This document shows positions 11,854 through 21,032 of a DNA stretch of 64,000 nucleotides, in pieces. The translations under genes and the position numbers were made by a program. Each line of letters starts with the position of its first letter. The first letter of the stretch is position 1. The notes under the pieces were generated by a model. The model had not been told where the DNA came from. It worked only from the letters and a program-made list of their open reading frames with translations, and searched no databases. This DNA comes from Alphaproteobacteria bacterium (GTDB lineage Bacteria; Pseudomonadota; Alphaproteobacteria; UBA828): NCBI GenBank assembly GCA_963667785.2, contig CAXXMU010000006.1, forward strand, positions 64,001 through 128,000. The letters run 5' to 3'.

Positions 11854-14301
11854 TCAGCCCCGGAGCCGCGCGCCGGCGGGATCGTAGAAGGGCCTGAGGG
11901 ACACCGTCGCCGGCACGCGCTCGCCGGCGATATCGACCTCGTAGGCGCCGTCGTCCAGCGCCTGCCAGGCACGCGGGCGCTCGCTCTCAAGATAGCCCAT
12001 GCCGACCGGCCGCCCGAGGCTGTAGCCGAAGGCGGCAGACGTGATGCGGCCCGCGACTCGGCCGTCCCGGTAGATCGTCTCGTCATGGAACATCAGCGGC
12101 TCGGGCGCATCGAGGCGGACGTGAACGAGGCGCTGGCGGAGGCCCTCCGCCCGCTGGCGCTCCAGTGCGTCCCGGCCGATGAAGGCGGCCTCCTTCCTGA
12201 ACGAGACGGCGAAGCCGAGGCCCGCCTCCAGCGGCGTCTCGGCCGGGGTGATGTCGTGACCCCAGTGGCGGTAGCCCTTCTCGCTCCTGAGCGAATCCAT
12301 CGCGTGCATGCCGCAGAGCCTGACGCCGAGATCGGCGCCCGCCTCCAGCAGCCGGTCGAACACCGGCACGACGAACTCGGTGGCGAGGTGCAGCTCCCAG
12401 CCGAGCTCGCCGACGTAGGAGACGCGCATGGCCCGGGCCGGGGCGTAGCCGACGTCGATCTCCCGGCTGGTGCCGAAGGGGAAGGCCTCGCCGGAGAGGT
12501 CGGCGTCGCTGAGGCGGGCGAGCAGCGCGCGGGCCTCCGGCCCCATCACGGCGAGGACGCCCGAGCCCGAGGTCACGTCGGTAAGATAGACCCGCGCGCC
12601 CTCGCTCAGGTTGCGCTCGATCCAGGTGAGGTCGCGCCGCTGCGAAGCGGTCGCCGTCACCACCAGGTAGCGATCCTCCGCGAGCCGGGTGACCGTCAGA
12701 TCGGCCTCGATCCCGCCCCGCCGGTTGAGGAGCTGGGTGTAGACGATCCGGCCCGCCGGCACCGCGACGTCGTTGGCGCAGATGCGCTGCAGCTCGCGCT
12801 CGGCATCGGGGCCCTGGACCAGGTACTTGGCGAAGGAGCTCATGTCGAGGATGCCGACGGCCTCGCGCACGGCGCGGTGCTCCTCGCCCACGCAGTCGAA
12901 CCAGTTCTGCTTCCCCCAGGCGTATTCGTAGGCCGGCTCGACGCCTTCGGGCGCGAACCAGTTGGCGCGCTCCCAGCCTGCGGTCTCGCCGAAGCAGGCG
13001 TTGTGGGCGGCAAGGCGGGCGTGCAGCGGGCTGAGCCGCACCGGACGCGCCGTCTCCACCTGGCGATGCGGCCAGTGCATGGCGAAGAGCAGGCCCAGGC
13101 TCTCCCGCGTGCGGTCGGCGAGATAGCGGCGGTTGTTCTGGAAACCGGCGAAGCGGGAGATGTCGAGCTCGGCGAGGTCCACGGTCGGCTGGCCCTCGAC
13201 GATCCACTCCGCCATCACCTTGCCGGCGCCGGGAGCGCTGAGAATGCCCTGCGAGTTGAAGCCGGCGGCAACGAAGAAGCGCGCGAGCTCCGGCGCCTCG
13301 CCGAGCACGAACCTGTTGTCGGGCGTGAAGCTCTCCGGCCCGTTCAGGAACTGGCGGATGGGCGCCTGCTCGAGCACCGGCAGGAGCTCGATGGCGTTGC
13401 TCATGGGCGCCTCGAAATGCTCCCAGTCCTCCGGCAGCTCGATGAACTCGGCGCCCGCCGGCAGCTTCTCCAGGGGCAGCGGCTTGGCCTCGGGCTCGAA
13501 GGAGCCGACGAGAAGGCGGCCTGCGTCCTCCTTCACGTAGATGAAGCCGTCGGTGTCGCGGACGATCGGCGTGTCGGGCGAGAGGCCCTCGATCGGCTCG
13601 GTGACGACGTACATGTGCTCGGCCGCATGGAGCGGCACGCCGACGCCCGCCATCAGGCCGATCTCGCGGGCCCAGATGCCGCCGCAGTTGACGACGGTCT
13701 CGCAGGCGATGGTGCCGCGTGCGGTGCGGACGCCCGCGACGGCCCCGTTGCGGCGCTCGAAGCCGGTGACCTCGGTCTCCTCGACGATGCGCGCGCCGCC
13801 CGTGCGCGCGCCCTTGGCGAGCGCCATGGCGGTATCGACCGGATTGGTCTGGCCGTCGCCGGGGATGTAGATGGCGCCCTTGATGCGGGAGACGTCCATC
13901 AGCGGATAGAGCGCCTTCACCTCGTTCAGCCCGACCTCGTAGGCCTCGACGCCGAAGCAGTCGCCAAGCGCCGCCATGCGCCTGATCTCGGTGAGCCGGG
14001 CGTCGGTCCGGGCGACGGGGAGGCTGCCCTTGCGGCGGAAGCCGGTCGCCTGGCCGGTCTCGGCCTCCAGCGATTCGTAGAGGCCGACGGCGTAGCGGGC
14101 GAGCTCCGTCAGCGTGGAGGTGGCGCGGAGCTGGTTGACCAGGCCGGCCGCGTGCCACGAGGTGCCGCCGGTGAGGTGCCCGCGCTCCAGCAGCACCACG
14201 TCCCGCCGCCCGAGCTTGGTCAGGTGATAGGCGATGCTGCAGCCGACGATGCCGCCGCCGACGATGACTGTCTCGGCCTGGGTGGGGAACGCCTCCGTCA
14301 T
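11854..14301 (-). CDS. GcvT-family FAD-dependent oxidoreductase (sarcosine/dimethylglycine dehydrogenase-like)
   Basis: GGGIVG FAD motif, GTSWHAAG, NGPESFTPD, SYVGELGWELH, C-terminal folate-binding GcvT domains. Confidence 0.9.
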   Translation of the reverse strand: MTEAFPTQAETVIVGGGIVGCSIAYHLTKLGRRDVVLLERGHLTGGTSWHAAGLVNQLRATSTLTELARYAVGLYESLEAETGQATGFRRKGSLPVARTDARLTEIRRMAALGDCFGVEAYEVGLNEVKALYPLMDVSRIKGAIYIPGDGQTNPVDTAMALAKGARTGGARIVEETEVTGFERRNGAVAGVRTARGTIACETVVNCGGIWAREIGLMAGVGVPLHAAEHMYVVTEPIEGLSPDTPIVRDTDGFIYVKEDAGRLLVGSFEPEAKPLPLEKLPAGAEFIELPEDWEHFEAPMSNAIELLPVLEQAPIRQFLNGPESFTPDNRFVLGEAPELARFFVAAGFNSQGILSAPGAGKVMAEWIVEGQPTVDLAELDISRFAGFQNNRRYLADRTRESLGLLFAMHWPHRQVETARPVRLSPLHARLAAHNACFGETAGWERANWFAPEGVEPAYEYAWGKQNWFDCVGEEHRAVREAVGILDMSSFAKYLVQGPDAERELQRICANDVAVPAGRIVYTQLLNRRGGIEADLTVTRLAEDRYLVVTATASQRRDLTWIERNLSEGARVYLTDVTSGSGVLAVMGPEARALLARLSDADLSGEAFPFGTSREIDVGYAPARAMRVSYVGELGWELHLATEFVVPVFDRLLEAGADLGVRLCGMHAMDSLRSEKGYRHWGHDITPAETPLEAGLGFAVSFRKEAAFIGRDALERQRAEGLRQRLVHVRLDAPEPLMFHDETIYRDGRVAGRITSAAFGYSLGRPVGMGYLESERPRAWQALDDGAYEVDIAGERVPATVSLRPFYDPAGARLRG

Positions 14302-14521
14302 CGCCCGAGCGCCCGCACGGGGCCTCCTTCGTCGCGCCGCGTCATGCTGCGGGACTCCCTAGCACGGGCGCTCGCGGCGGAAAAAGGGAGCCGGGAGACG
14401 CGGCCCGGGCGCCGGCGCCCAGACAGGGACGCGGGGGTTTGCATTCCCGCCGCGCTCTTCGCATAGTGCGCCGCAACCGGGCCCGGCCCGGCAACCGGAC
14501 ATCCGAGAGGAGAGGGAGATT

Positions 14522-15007
14522 ATGGCAATCAGCGCGGGCGACAAGGTGCCCTCTGTCAACTTCAAGCAGCTTACCGCAGACGGGCTCACGGACGTCTCGA
14601 GCGACGCGTACCTCGCGGGCAAGAAGACCGCGCTCTTCGCGGTCCCCGGCGCGTTCACGCCGACCTGCTCGGCCAAGCACGTGCCGAGCTTCCTGGCGCA
14701 GGCGGACGCGCTCAGGGCCAAGGGCGTCGACCAGATCGCCTGCGTCTCGGTCAACGACGCGTTCGTGATGAAGAAGTGGGGCGAGGACACCTCGGCGGCC
14801 GGCACCATCGACATGCTGGCGGACGGCAACGGCGAGTTCGCGCGGGCGACGGGGCTCACCCTCGACGGCACCGGCTTCGGCCTCGGCGAGCGGACGACCC
14901 GCTTCTCCATGATCATCGACGACGGCACGGTGACCGTCCTCAACGTGGAGGAGAACCCGGCGGAGATGGACGTGAGCAGCGCGGAGCACATGCTCTCGCA
15001 GCTCTGA
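14522..15007 (+). CDS. peroxiredoxin, Prx5 family
   Basis: VPGAFTPTCS, VSVNDAFVM, LADGNGEF. Confidence 0.92.
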   Translation: MAISAGDKVPSVNFKQLTADGLTDVSSDAYLAGKKTALFAVPGAFTPTCSAKHVPSFLAQADALRAKGVDQIACVSVNDAFVMKKWGEDTSAAGTIDMLADGNGEFARATGLTLDGTGFGLGERTTRFSMIIDDGTVTVLNVEENPAEMDVSSAEHMLSQL

Positions 15008-15184
15008 TCCGGCCATCCCCGACGCGGCCCCCGCAAAAGGCGCTTGCGCGGCGGGCCGCGCGCACCACATTGTCAGGCATCGGCGGCCGCACGGCGCGCG
15101 TGGGGCCGCTCGACCCCGTTTCGGAACGGCGGCCGGCCCGGATTCGCGGCCGGCGCGCGGAAGCTCAGGAGGAGACATAAGGCG

Positions 15185-15844
15185 ATGGCGCTGAGAATTG
15201 GCGACGAAGCACCCAACTTCACGGCGGAGACCACCGAAGGATCGATCGACTTCCACGACTGGATCGGCGACGGCTGGGCGATTCTCTTCTCCCATCCCAA
15301 GGACTTCACGCCGGTCTGCACCACCGAGCTCGGCTACATGGCCGGCCTCAAGTCGGAGTTCGAGAAGCGGAACTGCAAGGTCCTCGGGCTCAGCGTCGAC
15401 GGCGTGAGCGACCACCGCGCGTGGTCGAAGGACATCGAGGAGACCCAGGGCCACGCGGTCAACTATCCGCTGATCGGCGACCCGGAGCTGAAGATCGCGA
15501 CCCTCTACGAGATGCTGCCGGCTGGCGCGGGCACCACGTCCGAGGGGCGCACGGCGGTGGACAACCTCACCGTCCGCACCGTCTTCCTCGTCGGCCCGGA
15601 CAAGAAGATCAAGCTCTCCCTCACCTACCCCATGAGCACCGGCCGCAACTTCGACGAGGTGCTGCGGGTGCTCGATTCCTGCCAGCTCACGGCGAAGCAC
15701 AAGGTGGCGACGCCGGTGAACTGGAAGCAGGGCGAGGACGTGATCATCGTGCCGGCGGTCTCCGACGAGGACGCGAGGAAGGCCTTCCCCGGCGGCTGGA
15801 AGGCGCCCAAGCCCTATCTCCGGATCGTGCCGCAGCCCGAGTAG
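15185..15844 (+). CDS. 1-Cys peroxiredoxin, Prx6 family
   Basis: FSHPKDFTPVCTTE, YPMSTGRNFDE, ATPVNW; RBS AGGAGG. Confidence 0.94.
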   Translation: MALRIGDEAPNFTAETTEGSIDFHDWIGDGWAILFSHPKDFTPVCTTELGYMAGLKSEFEKRNCKVLGLSVDGVSDHRAWSKDIEETQGHAVNYPLIGDPELKIATLYEMLPAGAGTTSEGRTAVDNLTVRTVFLVGPDKKIKLSLTYPMSTGRNFDEVLRVLDSCQLTAKHKVATPVNWKQGEDVIIVPAVSDEDARKAFPGGWKAPKPYLRIVPQPE

Positions 15845-15859
15845 GAGCGTAACCGGGTG

Positions 15860-16705
15860 TCACGCCGCGCCCTCCGCGCCGCGCGGCACCCGGTCCTCGA
15901 TGGCGAGCGGCGCCAGCGCCGCGCGCACGCGCACGAGGGCGGCGGCAAGGGTCGCCGCCCAGGCCTCCGCGCCCGCCCGCTCGCCGATCAGGTCCTGGCG
16001 CAGCTCGATCTCGATGTGCGGCAGGCCGCGGCCCTGGCCGTGCACCGGTATGGAGTAGTCCGACGGGCCGACGATGGCGTAGGGCTCGTTGTCGCCGACG
16101 GTGAGCCCCGGACGGAGCGCGCAGAGAGCCTCCCTCAGCGGCTCCACCAGCCGGTCGTCGTGCTCGTAGAGGAGTCCCACCTTCCACGGCCGGGCGACGC
16201 CGCCGAACACCGGCGTGAAGCTGTGGACCGCCACCAGCATCGGCACCGCGCCCGCCGCCACCGCGCGATCGAGGCAGGCGGCGATAGCGTCGTGATAGGG
16301 GCGGAAGAACGCCTCCGTCCGCGCCGCGGCCTCCTCCGGCGAGATCGCCCGGTTGGCGGGCACGGCCGTGCCGTCGCTCACCGCGGGCATGGCGGTGGGG
16401 CTGCCGGGCGGGCGGTTGCAGTCGACCACCAGGCGCGAATAGCCCGAGAGGAAGGCCGGCGCGTCGAGCCGGGCGCTGAGGGAGTCGGTGACCGTCGCCG
16501 CGCCGATGTCCCAGCCGATATGGCGGTCGAGCTCCGCCTGCTCGAGGCCGAGGCGCCTCATGTGGGCCGGCACCGCGTTGCTCGCGTGGTCGCACACCAG
16601 CACGAAGCGGGGGGCAGGGCGGTCGGGCCCGATGCGGGAGAAGGGCGGCGGATCGGCGCTCGTGAGCCGCGTCGGGTGGAACCAGGCCGTCGCAGGCGCG
16701 CTCAC
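15860..16705 (-). CDS. N-formylglutamate amidohydrolase family protein
   Basis: CDHASN, HIGWDIGA, SRLVVDCNR, HSFTP, DNEPY, EIELRQD; GTG start overlaps the rnd stop. Confidence 0.88.
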   Translation of the reverse strand: MSAPATAWFHPTRLTSADPPPFSRIGPDRPAPRFVLVCDHASNAVPAHMRRLGLEQAELDRHIGWDIGAATVTDSLSARLDAPAFLSGYSRLVVDCNRPPGSPTAMPAVSDGTAVPANRAISPEEAAARTEAFFRPYHDAIAACLDRAVAAGAVPMLVAVHSFTPVFGGVARPWKVGLLYEHDDRLVEPLREALCALRPGLTVGDNEPYAIVGPSDYSIPVHGQGRGLPHIEIELRQDLIGERAGAEAWAATLAAALVRVRAALAPLAIEDRVPRGAEGAA

Positions 16706-17913
16706 GGGCGCTCCGCGGCGTCCCTGCGGTTGGCGCCACCACCCCCCGCGCCGTCGCAGGGGAGCAGACGCAGCGTGCCCCCTTCCACCGAGAGCGCGAG
16801 GCGCCCGTTCACCAGGTCGAGCGCGGCGTCGCCGAAGAGGGTGCGGCGCCAGCCCTGCAGCGCCGGCACGTCCGCCATCGCCCCGCGCGCGATCCGCTCC
16901 AGGTCGTCGGCGCTCGCGATCAGCTTGCGCGCCACGCCGCTCTCCTCGCTCTTGAAGGCGAGCAGCACCTTGAGCAGGTCGGTGAGGGCGCCGGGGGGCG
17001 CGGGCCCGTCGGGCTTGGACGGCGGGCGCGGGCACGCGTCGTCGGGGAGCGCGAGCGCGCGCTTGACCGCATCGAGGACGGCCGCGCCGGTGGCGCCCTC
17101 GGCGGTGCGCTGGCTCACCGAGCGCAGCTTGGCGAGCTCGGCCACCGTGCGCGGGCGCTGCGCCGCGATCTCGCTCAGCGCGGTGTCCTTCAGCACCCAG
17201 GCGCGCGGCTTGTCGCGACGCGCCGCCTCGACCTCGCGCCAGGCCGCGAGCTCGCGCAGCACCGCGAGGAAGCGCCGGTTGCCGCCCCGCACCTTGATCC
17301 GCCGCCACGCCTCCTCGGGCGGCGCCTCGTAGGTGGCGCGGTCGGTGAGCACCGCGAGCTCCTCGTCGAGCCAGGAGCGCCGCCCGGTGCGCTCCAGCTC
17401 CGCCGCGAGCTTCTCGTAGACGACGCGCAGGTGGCTCACGTCGGAGAGCGCGTAGCGCAACTGGCGCTCCGTCAGCGGCCGGCGCGACCAGTCGGTGAAG
17501 CGCTGGGTCTTGTCGATGCGCCCGCGCGCCAGCTTCGCCACCAGCGTCTCGTAGCCGACCGAGTCGCCGAAGCCGCAGACCATGGCCGCGATCTGCGTGT
17601 CGAAGAGGGGGCCGGGAATCCCGCCGGCGAGCGGCAGCAGCACTTCGACGTCCTGCCGCGCGGCGTGAAAGACCTTGAGCACCGGCGCCCGCGCCAGGAG
17701 GTCGTAGAGGGGGCCGAGGTCGATGCCGTCGGCGAGCGGGTCCACCGCCACCGGCTCGCCCTCGGGCGGGCCGATCTGCAGCAGGCAAAGGCGGGCGCGA
17801 TAGGTGTTCTCGCGCATGAACTCGGTATCGACGGTGAGGAAGTCCGCCTCGCGCCAGGCCGTGCAGAGGGCGGCCAGCGCCCCGCTCTCGGTGATCAGCC
17901 GGGGCTCGCTCAC
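16702..17913 (-). CDS. rnd: ribonuclease D
   Basis: VDTEF.RE.TY, KVFHAARQD, FDTQIAA, DWSRRPL, HRDC-like region WRE..A..RDKPR. Confidence 0.92.
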   Translation of the reverse strand: MSEPRLITESGALAALCTAWREADFLTVDTEFMRENTYRARLCLLQIGPPEGEPVAVDPLADGIDLGPLYDLLARAPVLKVFHAARQDVEVLLPLAGGIPGPLFDTQIAAMVCGFGDSVGYETLVAKLARGRIDKTQRFTDWSRRPLTERQLRYALSDVSHLRVVYEKLAAELERTGRRSWLDEELAVLTDRATYEAPPEEAWRRIKVRGGNRRFLAVLRELAAWREVEAARRDKPRAWVLKDTALSEIAAQRPRTVAELAKLRSVSQRTAEGATGAAVLDAVKRALALPDDACPRPPSKPDGPAPPGALTDLLKVLLAFKSEESGVARKLIASADDLERIARGAMADVPALQGWRRTLFGDAALDLVNGRLALSVEGGTLRLLPCDGAGGGGANRRDAAERP

Positions 17914-17932
17914 GGTGTGCCGCGGGCCGCTC

Positions 17933-19123
17933 TCAGGCGGCCGCCACCCGGTCCAACCGGGCGGCGTCGCGGCCTGCCGCTGTGAGCGCCGCGCTCCGGC
18001 CGGTGCCGGTGATCCAGCCGCCGCCCAGCATCCGCTCCGCGTCGTAGAGAACGCAGGCCTGGCCCGGCGCGGTCGCGGGCTCCGGCTCCTCCAGCACGAC
18101 CTCGGCGCCGCCGTCGGCGCTCGCGCGCAGCAGCGCCGGCGCGCCGGGATGGCCGGAGCGGAGCCGCGCCACCACCGACCGCTCCTCGCCGGGCGCCGGC
18201 GGATCGCCGCCGATCCAGGCGAGCGGGCCGGTGAAGACGCGGTCGCGCAGCAGCGCCTCATGCGGGCCGACGACCACCTCGCGGCGCGCGGCGTCGACCG
18301 AGAGCACATAGAGCGGCGCGGGCCCCGCGATGCCGAGACCGCGCCGCTGGCCCACGGTGAAGTGGATGATGCCCTCGTGGCGGCCGAGCACGCGGCCCTC
18401 CTCGTCCACGATGGCGCCGGGCTCGGCGGCGCCGGGGCGGAGCCGCTCGATCACGCCGGCATAGCGGCCTGCGGGCACGAAGCAGATGTCCTGGCTGTCG
18501 GGCTTGCCCGCGACCGCGAGGCCGAGGCGCGAGGCCTCCGCCCGCACCCGCTCCTTGGCGAGGTCGCCGAGGGGGAAGCGCAGGAACTCGAGCTGCGCCG
18601 GGGTGGTGGCGAAGAGGAAGTAGCTCTGGTCCCTGCCGCGATCGACCGCCCGGTGCAGCTCGGGTCCGGCCTTGCCCGCGATGCGCCGCGCATAGTGGCC
18701 GGTGGCGAGGGCGTCGGCGCCGAGATCGCGGGCGAGCGCCAGCAGGTCGCGGAACTTGACGCGCTCGTTGCAGCGCACGCAGGGGATGGGCGTCTCGCCG
18801 CGCAGGTAGGAATCGGCGAAGTCCTCGATCACCGCCTCGCGGAAGCGCGCCTCGTAGTCGAGGACGTAGTGGCGGATGCCGAGCCGGTCGGCGACCCGGC
18901 GGGCGTCGTAGATGTCCTGGCCGGCGCAGCAGGCGCCGGGCCGGGCGCGCGGCGCGGCGTCGGCATAGAGCCGGAGCGTGATGCCGACGACCTCGTAGCC
19001 CGCCTCGGCGAGCAGGGCCGCGGTGACCGACGAATCGACGCCGCCGGACATCGCCACCGCGACGCGCGTCTCGCGCCGCGGCCGGGCGATGCCGAGGTCA
19101 AGGTCGAGGCTGGATGAGGACAT
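17933..19123 (-). CDS. mnmA: tRNA 2-thiouridine(34) synthase
   Basis: [10 protein letters not shown]-loop, [38 protein letters not shown]. Confidence 0.95.
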   Translation of the reverse strand: MSSSSLDLDLGIARPRRETRVAVAMSGGVDSSVTAALLAEAGYEVVGITLRLYADAAPRARPGACCAGQDIYDARRVADRLGIRHYVLDYEARFREAVIEDFADSYLRGETPIPCVRCNERVKFRDLLALARDLGADALATGHYARRIAGKAGPELHRAVDRGRDQSYFLFATTPAQLEFLRFPLGDLAKERVRAEASRLGLAVAGKPDSQDICFVPAGRYAGVIERLRPGAAEPGAIVDEEGRVLGRHEGIIHFTVGQRRGLGIAGPAPLYVLSVDAARREVVVGPHEALLRDRVFTGPLAWIGGDPPAPGEERSVVARLRSGHPGAPALLRASADGGAEVVLEEPEPATAPGQACVLYDAERMLGGGWITGTGRSAALTAAGRDAARLDRVAAA

Positions 19124-19130
19124 GGCGCGC

Positions 19131-19158
19131 ACTATAGGCGCGCGCCGGAGCGGCGCAA
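19131..19158 (-). promoter_or_regulatory. putative sigma70 promoter of mnmA, probably leaderless
   Basis: Minus strand TTGCGC-N16-TATAGT-N7-ATG, with no RBS. Confidence 0.45.
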
Positions 19159-19197
19159 GACGCGCGCGGGCGGCGCGCGGCCGGGCGGCGGGGCCGC

Positions 19198-19270
19198 GAA
19201 GCGGCACAGACCCCAATTAATTTGTTAGGCGGCACAATCCGGCACAAAGCGGCACGAAGTGGCACAGTGC
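19198..19270. repeat. phased 10-bp tandem repeats with a GGCAC core and an AT-rich interruption
   Basis: GGCAC at 19231, 19241, 19251 and 19261 (exact 10-bp period) plus a fifth at 19203; AATTAATTTGTTA between. Confidence 0.8.
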
Positions 19271-19280
19271 AGGGCGGGCA

Positions 19281-19868
19281 TCACCAATACACCTCCTCGC
19301 CCTGCTCGCGCCGCAGCTGAAGCCCGAACTCTCCCTCGACGGCCTTGCGGATGGTGGCGACCGCCTCCGGTGTGAGGGGCTTCAGCTTCTTGCCGCCGGC
19401 GGCACGGGCGGCTTCCTTCGCCGCGTGTTCCCGTGCGACGCGGGTCTGATCGGCGCTTTCGAGGCGACGCACCACGAGCGCGAGGCGGGCGATCTCCTCC
19501 GTCGGCACCGCGTCCTCCCTCTCACCGAGATCGGCCAGGGAGCGCAGCACCAGCGACCGCACGGCCTCGATCACGGGCGCGCTCGCGCCGCCCTCGACAC
19601 GCTCGGCCAGCGTCCGAACCCATCCCTCCGCCATGCGGTCGGCCTCGTGCTGCAAGCGGATCAGGCCGCGCAGCCGCCTGGCATAGCGCGCGATGGCCGA
19701 GCGCGAGCAGGTGCCGCCCTCGGCGCGGATGAGGGCCGCGATCTCGGTAAGGGTGGCGCCGTCGGCGATCGCCGTGTCGACAGTCTCGCGCAGCGCGGGC
19801 GGCAGCCGCTCGAGCGACGAGCGCCTGCCCCTCCTGACCGGCTTTGCCCAATCGCTCGTGTTCGTCAT
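19281..19868 (-). CDS. DUF3486 / phage Mu gp27-like protein (orphan)
   Basis: GRRSSLERLPPALR...GATLTEI...SRSAIARY and C-terminal LTPEAVATIR match the family pattern I recognise; no other phage genes nearby. Confidence 0.75.
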   Translation of the reverse strand: MTNTSDWAKPVRRGRRSSLERLPPALRETVDTAIADGATLTEIAALIRAEGGTCSRSAIARYARRLRGLIRLQHEADRMAEGWVRTLAERVEGGASAPVIEAVRSLVLRSLADLGEREDAVPTEEIARLALVVRRLESADQTRVAREHAAKEAARAAGGKKLKPLTPEAVATIRKAVEGEFGLQLRREQGEEVYW

Positions 19869-19960
19869 GGCGCCACCCTGGCACCCGCGCCAGGCGCCGT
19901 GAACCGCACCATGGTCCGGGGTCACCCCGGCCGTGACGTGAAAGGGGCCCGCGTGCGGCC

Positions 19961-20644
19961 TCAGGCCCCGGCCGCGTCGAGGCCGGCCTGCCAGAACGCG
20001 GTCTCCAGCCGCGTCGCGGCGCGGAAGGTGCCGGCGAGCGCGCCGAGGCGGGCCTGCCCGCCGCGCCGGGCCGCGAGCGCCTCGAGGGCGTCGACCTCCG
20101 CCCGGGCCAGCGCCTGGTATTCGCTTCCGGCATACATCTCGATCCAGGGCGCATAGAGATTGCCGTCCGTGCGGGTGGCGGGGTCGGCGGCGAGGCGCGC
20201 GCCGATCTCGCCATAGCCGACGACGCAGGGCGCGAGCGCCACCCGCAGGTCCAGCAGGTCGCCCGCGAGCCCGCGCTCCAGCACGTAGGAGGTATAGGCC
20301 AGCGTAGCGCCGTCGGCCTCGACCGCTTCGAGCGCTGCCTCGTCCAGCCCCCACTCGGCGCAGTAGGCGCGGTGCAGGTCCATCTCGACCTCGACGAGGG
20401 CCTTGAGGCCGGCCGAGGCCTCCCGGATCTCGGCCAGGCTGTCCGCCTTGTAGGCGGCGAGCCCGTAGGCGCGGGCGAACTGGATCAGGAAGAGGTAGTC
20501 CTGCACCAGGTAGTGGCGGAACGCGGCCTCCGGCAGGCTGCCGTCGGCGAGGCCCCGGACGAAGGGATGCTCGACATAGGCGCGCCACGCCTCGCCCGCG
20601 GCCTCGCGCAGGCCTGCGAAGAATCCCGCGTCGCCCGCCTGCAT
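19961..20644 (-). CDS. tenA: thiaminase II / TenA family
   Basis: HPFV..L.DGSL, F..YLVQDYLFL, APCVVGY (catalytic Cys), WIEMY, LETAFW. Confidence 0.88.
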   Translation of the reverse strand: MQAGDAGFFAGLREAAGEAWRAYVEHPFVRGLADGSLPEAAFRHYLVQDYLFLIQFARAYGLAAYKADSLAEIREASAGLKALVEVEMDLHRAYCAEWGLDEAALEAVEADGATLAYTSYVLERGLAGDLLDLRVALAPCVVGYGEIGARLAADPATRTDGNLYAPWIEMYAGSEYQALARAEVDALEALAARRGGQARLGALAGTFRAATRLETAFWQAGLDAAGA

Positions 20645-20691
20645 CGCCGTCCCTCCTCGCACATCTCTTTGGGGGCCGGGCGCGGGGCCCG

Positions 20692-21018
20692 TCACATCAT
20701 GTTGCTGGTCTCTTCCGGCAGCGTCACCACCAGCCCGTCGAGCGCCTCGGTGATGACGATCTGGCAGCCGAGCCGCGAGGTGCGCGTGAGGCCGAGGGCG
20801 AGGTCGAGCATGTCCTCCTCGTCCTCGCACATCTCCGCCAGCTTGCCGAACCAGGCGGGATCGACGATCACGTGGCAGGTGGAGCACGCCATCGCGCCTT
20901 CGCACGCGCCCTCGATGTCGATGCCGTGGCGGAAGGCGATGTCCAGCACCGAATCGCCCAGCGGCGCCTCGACCTCGTGGCGCGTGCCGCAGGCGTCGAT
21001 GAAGGTCATGGAGGGCAC
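20692..21018 (-). CDS. fdx: 2Fe-2S ferredoxin, ISC/adrenodoxin type
   Basis: EGACEGAMACSTCHV, EEDMLD, SRLGCQ. Confidence 0.93.
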   Translation of the reverse strand: MPSMTFIDACGTRHEVEAPLGDSVLDIAFRHGIDIEGACEGAMACSTCHVIVDPAWFGKLAEMCEDEEDMLDLALGLTRTSRLGCQIVITEALDGLVVTLPEETSNMM

Positions 21019-21032
21019 GGGCCGGGTGCCGC

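Noticed and set aside
19231-19270. GGCAC repeats as a CRISPR array or sigma54 promoter
   Set aside because: The period is only 10 bp with no spacers, and no GC falls at the correct -12 spacing from the GG
19281-19868. Prophage
   Set aside because: Only one phage-like gene, housekeeping genes on both sides, and no att sites or target duplication found
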